From contig JAFTRY010000013.1 in assembly GCA_017462035.1 (NCBI GenBank), positions 425-64,424 on the forward strand: a DNA stretch of 64,000 bases, written 5' to 3'. Shown in pieces: positions 47,666 to 54,687 of the stretch (position 1 is its first letter; the number at the start of each line of letters is the position of its first letter). Source of the stretch: Clostridia bacterium. Lineage in GTDB: Bacteria > Bacillota > Clostridia > Oscillospirales > CAG-272. The notes beneath the pieces were generated by a model. The model saw nothing but the letters and a program-made list of their open reading frames with translations. It ran no database searches and was not told the DNA's origin. Position numbers and translations under genes: made by a program.

Positions 47666-48796
47666 TCATTTATTTTGTTCAATGGCTTCTCTCAGCCAAA
47701 GGGTAGGGTGTCCTACATAAGCCACTTTGAAGCAGACCGTTCCAACGATCTGTCCGGCTTCAATGTAGCCCATGTCCATTGTCTCATTGGCATCGCCCTT
47801 GGTGTAATACCGTGTGGTTCCGCCGATCTGCGTAATTTGAACTACTCGATGGACGATTTTGGCGTCGCCCTTGGAAAATACGATGACTTGACCCTCTTGG
47901 ATCGCGGAGCCGTCGTATCGCTCATAAATAATGACGTCGCCTTTGTTGATCTCACCTGTCATGCTCTCGGTGGCGATCACCAGAGTGCCAAACCGGAACT
48001 GACAGGAAATAAGCATTACGATTGAAATCATAACAAGGACAGCGGCAACTATACTAATGCCGTTTGCTGCCTTTTTCGCTTTTGTGTGTACCCGTTTCCG
48101 TTTCCTCTCAAAAAGGGCGGCAACCAGTCCCCAGACGGCAAGGGGAGTCAAGAGCCTTATGGCTGCCATCAGCGCGTCGGGGATCGCCGGTGTGGTGGGG
48201 AGCAGGTAAACGTAAAGCGTTGTAATCGATCTGTATACAATGTTGGGAATTTTTCCGTACCGTTTGGAAATGAAATGGTACAGAAGATTGGCGGTGATCG
48301 CCGGGAAGAAAAACAAACCGACCAGATCCATAAATTGATTGAAGCTCTTTAGCCCTTGCAGGTTCGAGCAGATCAGGAGCTCGGCGACAACAGAGGCGAG
48401 ATAGCTCGTTATCTCCGCAAGCTTGTTTTTCTGCGCCAGCAAAACGCTTCTTATGATTTCGATCGTAATGATTATGATCGAGATCGGTAAAATATACTTT
48501 GCGAGGGACGAGAGGGACAGGGGATAGACGGAGTTGTAATAGCCAAACCATATACCGCTTATTTGGATCAGAATGGCGTACAGTGCCGCGATGACCCCCA
48601 TCAACAACGTGACCTCTTTTTTGCTGACTGCGTGGGAAACTCTCTTTCTGACCAAGAAACAGGTCAGGAGGGTCAGCGGAAGCAGCAGGATGGCAGTAAA
48701 GATCCTGCCGCTTCCCACATCCACAAAGAGAGACAGAAGGAGGACCGCAAGGACGGTAATGGAAACCGCATACAGAATTTTTTTATCTCTATTCAT
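47666..48796 (-). CDS. Signal peptidase I of the archaeal/SipW (S26B) type fused to an N-terminal ~230-aa polytopic membrane domain
   Basis: The C-terminal ~140 aa carry the catalytic-type motifs TESMTGEI (Ser), KIVHRVV (His) and TKGDANETMD. Seven to eight TM helices precede them. AAAGGAGG RBS. Confidence 0.8.
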   Translation of the reverse strand: MNRDKKILYAVSITVLAVLLLSLFVDVGSGRIFTAILLLPLTLLTCFLVRKRVSHAVSKKEVTLLMGVIAALYAILIQISGIWFGYYNSVYPLSLSSLAKYILPISIIIITIEIIRSVLLAQKNKLAEITSYLASVVAELLICSNLQGLKSFNQFMDLVGLFFFPAITANLLYHFISKRYGKIPNIVYRSITTLYVYLLPTTPAIPDALMAAIRLLTPLAVWGLVAALFERKRKRVHTKAKKAANGISIVAAVLVMISIVMLISCQFRFGTLVIATESMTGEINKGDVIIYERYDGSAIQEGQVIVFSKGDAKIVHRVVQITQIGGTTRYYTKGDANETMDMGYIEAGQIVGTVCFKVAYVGHPTLWLREAIEQNK

Positions 48797-48844
48797 TTGC
48801 GATCCTCCTTTCCCGGGTTATTTTCTAAAGGGTTTCGTTAGCTG

Positions 48845-49396
48845 TTAGGTAGTACTTGCTGTCTGTGTTCCGGCAGACGCGTTGAAGGTGATGGTGAAGT
48901 CCTCGTTGATGGCATCAGCGGAAGGGGTGAGAAGCTCTACGGTTACCTCAAAGGTAACGGAGGGGGCATCAGAGGTCAAGGTCTTGGCGGCAGTTCCCCA
49001 GGTAGTTGTAATTTTGAATGCAGATCCCTGTGCCTGAGTGATTACAGGTACGGCAACTGTGACATCGTACTCATTATCAGAGGTAATGGTGTAAGTGGCG
49101 GTCAATTTGTCACCCGCCTTGCTCATTCCCGAAGCGGTCAGAGAGATCGTGATATCACCTGGTGTACCTACGCCAGAGGTGGTTTCGATCGTTCCCTTTC
49201 TGGCGGTATCCTCAGCTTCGCTACCCAAAACGGTAGCCTCCTTGATCGAAGCCGCAGAGAAGTATACGTCCAGGTTGTGGGGGGTGGATTTTGCTTTACC
49301 GGTGATACTAAGGTCTCGGGCCAGACCTGCGTAACCAACACCAAGGCAGAGTGCCGCGATCAGCAAAAATGCGATGATTGTTCTTCTTTTTTTCAT
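48845..49396 (-). CDS. Small secreted beta-rich protein (183 aa), candidate TasA-like fibre subunit
   Basis: MKKRRTIIAFLLIAALCLGVGYA followed by GLARDLSITGKAKSTP. The mature part is Thr/Ser/Val-rich. First gene of the operon, with AAAGGAG RBS. Confidence 0.65.
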   Translation of the reverse strand: MKKRRTIIAFLLIAALCLGVGYAGLARDLSITGKAKSTPHNLDVYFSAASIKEATVLGSEAEDTARKGTIETTSGVGTPGDITISLTASGMSKAGDKLTATYTITSDNEYDVTVAVPVITQAQGSAFKITTTWGTAAKTLTSDAPSVTFEVTVELLTPSADAINEDFTITFNASAGTQTASTT

Positions 49397-49469
49397 GTTT
49401 TTTTCTCCTTTGTAGAAAGTTTTATAATTAACTAAAGCCTTCGCTTTATTTAATTCAAAATCGATACGG

Positions 49470-49505
49470 ATGGCAATTTTGCCATTTTGTAAGTCCATTA
49501 TAACA
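49470..49505 (-). promoter_or_regulatory. Extended -10 promoter (TGtTATAAT) plus 16-bp perfect palindrome ATGGCAATTTTGCCAT in the leader of the fibre operon
   Basis: Minus strand: TGTTATAAT at 49497-49505, palindrome at 49470-49485, about 75 nt upstream of the start codon. Confidence 0.5.
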
Positions 49506-49622
49506 GTGTATGACTACAACAGGACTACATAATCGGTGTTTTTATAAAAAAATACTGAAAAAAGGAAAAAAAGGGAAAGTTTTTGACCGGTTTCATGGAT
49601 TTAATAGTTAATAAAGTACAGC

Positions 49623-49650
49623 AAAAGGCAGTTCAAAATGAACTGCCTTC
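49623..49650 (-). terminator. Terminator after the HTH-GHKL-STAS gene
   Basis: AAGGCAGTTC / GAACTGCCTT stem followed by TTTTG on the minus strand. Confidence 0.6.
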
Positions 49651-49664
49651 TTCCATAAATATTC

Positions 49665-50687
49665 TTATTTTGTGTTTTTTACTCTTTGAATCATAAAGTT
49701 TACGTCATCACAAGCATTGATAATATTTAGTATAGCGTCAGGATTGTTTTTCTTCCATACAACGAACAATTCATGGCAGAATGCCTGACCAACTTCCTCA
49801 ACGCCCGAAAAATCCAAGGTTATTTCTTTGAAATCGGAAACAAGTTCTCCGAGACGTCTTGCCTCGGAGCGCGAAATAGGATTGCCGTAAGCAAACATAT
49901 GTGATATTGGAATATGAGTACGAATAAAGCCTTTTTCAATATCAGAGAATCTATCAAATACTTCCTTGGTCGTTTTCTTTGTTTGGTTGTTTAATGACAT
50001 TGATACAAGTGTGCTTTTAATACTTCCGGATATTTTCACAGTAGCGTCGTTGAAATTATCTCTGGAGAAGAAGATGTTGTCAGAAAGAATAAAGAATTCA
50101 TCCATTAAATGGGAGGTGAAGAAGATACCTTCTCCGGAATGACAGCTTTCTGCTGTTGTGAATTTCCCGGCAAACAAAAGAGAAACACATTCGTCAAGAG
50201 TAAGCTCCTCGTTTTTTTCTTCCTTGAAAAACATTTGAATGTTTTTGAAAATACCAATTCCATTATCGGCTATTACTATTCGTGTTTCCAACGGATTGCT
50301 TGAAAAGGCTACCATTATTTGAGATGCCTTGGAATGCTCTATTGCATTGTTCATCATTTCTGTAAACGCATATTGCCAAGCTGAAAACACATTTTTTTCA
50401 TAGCCTTTCAGTAAAGGTTGAATATCGGTGCGGAAAATTTTATCTTCTCCAAGTGAACCGTTGTTATTATAATGAAACTTGTGAATGACAGTAACTATTT
50501 TATATGGCGGGACAGCTTTTTCAACTTTTTTGAGAATTTTTTCTTCGCACATCTTTTTGACATAGTTATAAACAGTTGACTTTGAAACACCAAAATATTC
50601 AACGGTTTTATGTGCAAAATCCTTATCTTTGGCATCAATAAGCTTTAGAATGTATTGCTTGATTTGATGCGCGTTTATGTTTGACAT
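49665..50687 (-). CDS. Fused winged-HTH, GHKL (HATPase_c) ATPase and STAS-like (DUF4325-type) protein
   Basis: N-terminal HTH FGVSKSTVYNYVKKM. N-box MMNNAIEHS, G1 box DNGIGI, G2-like GEGIF. C-terminal ITLDFSGVEEVGQAFCHELF. Confidence 0.7.
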   Translation of the reverse strand: MSNINAHQIKQYILKLIDAKDKDFAHKTVEYFGVSKSTVYNYVKKMCEEKILKKVEKAVPPYKIVTVIHKFHYNNNGSLGEDKIFRTDIQPLLKGYEKNVFSAWQYAFTEMMNNAIEHSKASQIMVAFSSNPLETRIVIADNGIGIFKNIQMFFKEEKNEELTLDECVSLLFAGKFTTAESCHSGEGIFFTSHLMDEFFILSDNIFFSRDNFNDATVKISGSIKSTLVSMSLNNQTKKTTKEVFDRFSDIEKGFIRTHIPISHMFAYGNPISRSEARRLGELVSDFKEITLDFSGVEEVGQAFCHELFVVWKKNNPDAILNIINACDDVNFMIQRVKNTK

Positions 50688-50716
50688 AAAGAATACCTCC
50701 TTTTATAGTCAACACC

Positions 50717-50744
50717 ATTATAACATATTTTCCAAAAAAGTCAA
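50717..50744 (-). promoter_or_regulatory. Promoter of the HTH-GHKL-STAS gene
   Basis: Minus strand reads TTGACT, 16-nt spacer, TGtTATAAT, then AGGAGG RBS. Confidence 0.6.
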
Positions 50745-50956
50745 CAATTATTCCAAATAATCAAAAAAACATTCCAATATTACCCATAAGATGTGACGAT
50801 TTTTGATGTTCACTACGGCAAATATTTATAGCCATATCGATAGTGCGAGTAAAAAGGAGACGCGCAAGCGATTGGAGAGTTGCTGGGGTGAGTATAAACA
50901 GAGAAGGGCTACCGTGGGGTAGCCCTTTGACATCAGTCACTTGGGGTGAGATATCA

Positions 50957-52081
50957 TTATCCTTTTGAATAACTAACTTTAGTATAGAGAAAAGTACCGC
51001 GGGGTACGCCCGAAATATTACTTTCGTCGATGATGAGCCAAATGCTGTCAAGTCCGAATTCAAGTCTTCCCGAAATCTCTTCGGCATCAAATGTTGCTAT
51101 ATTTCCGTTAAGTGTGGCTTTGACAGACACCTTGTGATGATATGGTGAAGATAAAGTATCATACAAATCAATCGATACAGTACGGTCGGTAAGGTTTGAT
51201 ATGGACAAGGTGTTTTCGTTGTAAAAACTGTTCCAATCCCATGAGTAAATATCAGGCAGATATAAATTCAGCTCTCCGAACAACCGTATAAAATCAAATT
51301 GTGCATTAGTCTTTGTTATGATACCAGCGTCATAACCGGATACCCACCCGTGCGTTAGCTCCGACCATTGGGATTTTGGTATGCGTATTTTTTCTCCGTT
51401 TGTGATATCGTAACACTCATCGTGATTATAATAGTTATAGCGTACGTACAGATATTTTTCGTCCAGTACCAAATTATCGTATTCGTTCAATGAATATATC
51501 TGTGTATAAAGATTGGATGATTCAAAGAGTTCGGTATAAAATCTTCCTTTTTCATCAATTCGACAGTAGTAATTTCTTTCGTAATTGTCAAGCAGTAATT
51601 TTGGTTGGTTTTCTTCCATTGAAAAAACAGCAATAATATCGTACAGATCGGTGAGAAGTATAAGTTCCTCGCTTCCGTTTTGGTTTAAATCTGTTATGGT
51701 ATAGCCGAAATAATTTCTTCCATCTTCCTGATATTTGTATGCATATTCATCAAGATAAAATCTGTATCCCGAAATGAACAGTTTTTTATATAGCTCTTTT
51801 GTTTCTTCCTCGAGAATAGCATCAATGCCGTCGCATTTATTTGAAAGCATTTTCTCCTCGGTATAGGAAGGATAAAGATTCACAATCTGCTTGCACATAG
51901 TGATAATATCATCATAGCTTAAAACATCATCGGTGGATACAGAGTTTTTCATAATGTTTTCCGTAGATCCAACTGTATTTTCAGGTGTTGTATTTATGTC
52001 ATTTTGCGTTGCATCACAAGCGGTAAGGGCGGATAAAAGTAATGTGAAGAGCAGCAATAAACACAAGAATTTTTTTCTCAT
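50957..52081 (-). CDS. Lipoprotein (374 aa), function unknown
   Basis: Lipobox LSALTAC. Tyr/Asn/Asp-rich mature protein. GGAGGA RBS. Confidence 0.65.
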   Translation of the reverse strand: MRKKFLCLLLLFTLLLSALTACDATQNDINTTPENTVGSTENIMKNSVSTDDVLSYDDIITMCKQIVNLYPSYTEEKMLSNKCDGIDAILEEETKELYKKLFISGYRFYLDEYAYKYQEDGRNYFGYTITDLNQNGSEELILLTDLYDIIAVFSMEENQPKLLLDNYERNYYCRIDEKGRFYTELFESSNLYTQIYSLNEYDNLVLDEKYLYVRYNYYNHDECYDITNGEKIRIPKSQWSELTHGWVSGYDAGIITKTNAQFDFIRLFGELNLYLPDIYSWDWNSFYNENTLSISNLTDRTVSIDLYDTLSSPYHHKVSVKATLNGNIATFDAEEISGRLEFGLDSIWLIIDESNISGVPRGTFLYTKVSYSKG

Positions 52082-52160
52082 ATATCCTCCATTTTTTTTT
52101 TATATCCAAATACAATATATCAAACAGTTAAAATTATTTTCGAACGATTGCTACGTATTC

Positions 52161-52169
52161 ATTATATCA
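52161..52169 (-). promoter_or_regulatory. Extended -10 element (TGaTATAAT) upstream of the lipoprotein gene
   Basis: Read on the minus strand, about 80 nt upstream of ATG 52081. Confidence 0.4.
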
Positions 52170-52393
52170 CAAGAGCAGAAATAATACAAGCAATTTTTTA
52201 ATGACGGTTTTATTTTGGGGGAGGGAGCGTGCGATTTAGGAAAGTCCGCACAAGAGAGGGATTCGTTCTTGAATTTTGCAAAGCATTTCGGATTGGATTT
52301 AAGGTTATGCTTTGCAAAATTCTTCGGTCACCGTTCCAAAACAACTCACCGGGTTGTTTTGTTTACTGCGTTCGAATCCCTGTTTATATTCTC

Positions 52394-52430
52394 GCAAAAA
52401 ACAAGAAGCACCCTCTGTTGAGGATGCTTC
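52394..52430 (-). terminator. Terminator after tRNA-Ser
   Basis: GAAGCATCCT / AGGGTGCTTC stem (one mismatch) followed by TTGTTTTTT on the minus strand. Confidence 0.7.
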
Positions 52431-52438
52431 TCGCTTTT

Positions 52439-52527
52439 TGGCGGAGAGAGAGGGATTCGAACCCTCGTGTGCTTGCGCACAAACTGATTTCGAGTCAGCC
52501 CCGTTATGACCACTTCGATATCTCTCC
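52439..52527 (-). tRNA. tRNA-Ser (anticodon CGA), CCA encoded
   Basis: 89-nt class II tRNA: GGAGAGA acceptor, anticodon arm GCTGA-CTCGAAA-TCAGT, long variable arm, T arm GAGGGTTCGAATCCCTC. Confidence 0.92.
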
Positions 52528-52565
52528 ATAGTTATGATGCACAAGTGTGCATCATAACTATGGAG
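52524..52565. repeat. 19-bp perfect inverted repeat overlapping the first 4 nt of tRNA-Ser
   Basis: CTCCATAGTTATGATGCAC aagt GTGCATCATAACTATGGAG. Confidence 0.9.
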
Positions 52566-52802
52566 CCCCGTGAGATGCGGCTCAATGAGCTTTGCTCATT
52601 GAATCCACTTCGCATACCCCACCCGAAGATCGACAAGCTCGCTTGTCAGGCGCAGGGTGTGGGTATCCTCGCCGTAGGCGAGATATCTCTCCTTGATGCG
52701 TACTGTGCATATTTAGTTGTTGGAATTTTGATAGAAAACTGTCGACCTGCCTCTGAAAATTCTGCACTTAAAATCCCGAAAAAGTGAAGTATTTCAAGGC
52801 TT

Positions 52803-52870
52803 TGCGGAGAAGATTTAGTGACGAGGACAAGCCGCTTTCGAGTCAGTCCCGTTATGACCACTTCGATACG
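52803..52870 (-). pseudogene. Degenerate tRNA-Ser copy (5' half plus 3' tip, no T arm)
   Basis: 52836-52868 matches tRNA-Ser 52488-52520 at 32 of 33 positions. 52802-52812 resembles the tRNA 3' end. No acceptor pairing or T arm can be folded. Confidence 0.55.
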
Positions 52871-52900
52871 CTTTCGTATTGAAATTTAACAACGAAAAAC

Positions 52901-52929
52901 ATTATACCACAGATTTGTAAAAAAAACAA
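52901..52929 (-). promoter_or_regulatory. Promoter driving pseudo-tRNA, spacer and tRNA-Ser
   Basis: Minus strand reads TTGTTT, 17-nt spacer, TGgTATAAT. Confidence 0.55.
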
Positions 52930-53018
52930 GTGGTTTCCAAAATTTATTTTTCCTTTTTTTATTTAAGGACTAAAACTATGAGGCTGAACCGCGGTTCAGC
53001 CTCATGCAAGAAAGCTTC

Positions 53019-54353
53019 TTAAGCTTCGACGACCTCTTCGGATTCCTCCGATTCGGTGGAGAGCAGGGAAACCTGTACTTCCTTCGTCATCTGATCGTCT
53101 GCCTCGGTCACACAGATCAACAGATTTTCATATTGGAAGGAATACCCCTTTTCAGGAATACTGCCGCACTGCTCAGTAATCCAGCCGTTTACTGTAGACG
53201 ATTGAATTTCATCATTCTCCGGTAGCGAGAAAAATTCAAAGAATTCCGCAATGGAGGTGCTAGATAGGACACGGTAAGTATGCTCATCGGTAGCAAGAAT
53301 CGCTTCGATCGCCTCGTCCTGCTCGTCCCAGATCTCACCGACCAGCTCTTCAATGATATCCTCCATAGTGACGATACCCATGGTCAAACCGTATTCATTC
53401 AAAACCACTACCATATGGATATGCTTGTCTCGCATATCCTTAAACAAGACATCCAGGTGGACGGTTTCCGGAACAAATTCGGGGCTCAGAAGAACGCTTT
53501 CAATGGAAAAATCGGGGTCCCGATACGTCAGCAGATAACGTCTGACGTGCAAAATTCCCACAATATTATCTACGGTACCGTCATATACGGGAATACGGGA
53601 ATATCCCTCCGTGTCAATAACCTCAAGCAGTTTTTCCGTCGTGATATCCTTCGGAACTGCAATCATTGCCGTTCTGGGTGTCAGAATATCCGCTGCGTTA
53701 CGTCTCTCCAGTTTAAAAACATTTTTGATGTATTCAATATCATCCTGCTTCAGCGTTCCTTCATCGGCACCGGCATCTAACATGACGACGATATCCTCTT
53801 CTGAAACCGCCTCCTCTTTTTCGTGAGGATCCATGCCGAACAGGCGAAGACAGGCGTTGGTAGACAGTGTTAAAAACCAAATGATAGGCTTCAAGGCGGT
53901 GGTTAAAAAGGTCATTACACCACAAACGGAGTTTGCCAGCTTCTCCTTGTGCTTCATAGCCACTCTTTTGGGAACCAACTCGCCCAGAATCAGGGTGAAG
54001 TAAGAAAGGATCAGCGTGACCGCTACGACGGAAACCGTATGGATCGTTCCTACCATGGAAGGGGATAGATCAAAGGTTCTCACGCACCAGCTTGTGAGAC
54101 GCTCCGCAAAGTTATCCGCGGCGAACGCAGAACCGAGAAATCCGGCAAGGGTAATTCCAACCTGGATCGTAGAGAGGAATTTCGTGGGATTCTCGATGAT
54201 TTTTAACATTTTCTTTGCTTTTTTGTCACCGTCCTCCGCCATGGCTCGAACCTTCTTTTCGTTTAAGGAAATCAAGGCGATTTCTGTAGCGGCAAAAAAA
54301 GCGTTTAGGGCAATTAGAATAATTTGTAATAATAATTGTCGAAATAAGGACAT
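53019..54353 (-). CDS. Hemolysin-family / CNNM-type protein (DUF21, CBS pair, CorC_HlyC)
   Basis: N-terminus LNAFFAATEIALISL, CBS region, C-terminal transporter-associated domain. GGAGG RBS. Confidence 0.88.
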   Translation of the reverse strand: MSLFRQLLLQIILIALNAFFAATEIALISLNEKKVRAMAEDGDKKAKKMLKIIENPTKFLSTIQVGITLAGFLGSAFAADNFAERLTSWCVRTFDLSPSMVGTIHTVSVVAVTLILSYFTLILGELVPKRVAMKHKEKLANSVCGVMTFLTTALKPIIWFLTLSTNACLRLFGMDPHEKEEAVSEEDIVVMLDAGADEGTLKQDDIEYIKNVFKLERRNAADILTPRTAMIAVPKDITTEKLLEVIDTEGYSRIPVYDGTVDNIVGILHVRRYLLTYRDPDFSIESVLLSPEFVPETVHLDVLFKDMRDKHIHMVVVLNEYGLTMGIVTMEDIIEELVGEIWDEQDEAIEAILATDEHTYRVLSSTSIAEFFEFFSLPENDEIQSSTVNGWITEQCGSIPEKGYSFQYENLLICVTEADDQMTKEVQVSLLSTESEESEEVVEA

Positions 54354-54624
54354 ATAAACCTCCAAAAATTATTTGTCATTTTTTGTAAATTTCAAAGCAA
54401 ACAGATTGTCAGCACCGTAGGCTTAAAAAATTCATGTCAAAAAAGACAAGCCTTTTCGGAAGATATCCCAGACATAATCGTCCCTCTTCGGGGCAACTTC
54501 GGGGCAACGGATCCACAAAACCAACTCCTTTCCAATTACAATTAATTTAATTATAACACATTTATCAATCAGAATCAATACCAAAAAGCATATTTTTAAT
54601 TTTTTTTAAAATTCATCAGTTGGA

Positions 54625-54653
54625 TTGACAGTGCTGAAAAAACATGGTACAAT
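54625..54653 (+). promoter_or_regulatory. Promoter of the three-gene defence-like cassette
   Basis: TTGACA, 17-nt spacer, TGgTACAAT. Confidence 0.6.
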
Positions 54654-54687
54654 AATATAATAAGCAAAAATGAGAGGAGGATGCTAT

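Larger units (their letters stand above)
49655..52438. mobile_element. AT-rich islet abutting the 3' end of tRNA-Ser; probable horizontally acquired remnant with no integrase
   Basis: Base composition is visibly much more A/T-rich than both flanks (judged by eye, not computed). It holds two orphan genes with their own promoters and ends at the tRNA 3' end with tRNA-derived fragments. Confidence 0.45.

Noticed and set aside
50830-50925. Possible 16-aa sORF with AAGGAG and a TTG start, plus a GC-rich hairpin, between the two islet genes.
   Set aside because: It has a non-ATG start with 11-nt spacing and a very short product whose conservation cannot be assessed. The hairpin AGGGCTACC/GGTAGCCCT is more simply the transcription stop of the lipoprotein gene.
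52238-52251. AGGAAAGTCCGCAC, resembling the RNase P RNA P4 motif GAGGAAAGUCC. Also a GGGGGAGGGAGCG start reminiscent of tmRNA.
   Set aside because: The surrounding ~200 nt lack the other conserved RNase P or tmRNA elements: there is no tRNA-like 3' end with ACCA, no tag ORF, and no second P4 strand. I treat it as a chance or fragment match within the scarred tRNA-Ser region.
52506-52861. Small ORFs (60-93 aa, both strands) across the tRNA-Ser spacer.
   Set aside because: They overlap the tRNA gene and its fragments, and none has an RBS. The sequence is dominated by hairpins, so RNA or recombination-site explanations fit better.
54486-54507. Tandem 11-bp direct repeat CTTCGGGGCAA x2 upstream of the defence cassette.
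   Set aside because: There are only two copies, about 120 bp upstream of the promoter, with no associated palindrome or known motif. It may be slippage. I note it but do not consider it functional on present evidence.
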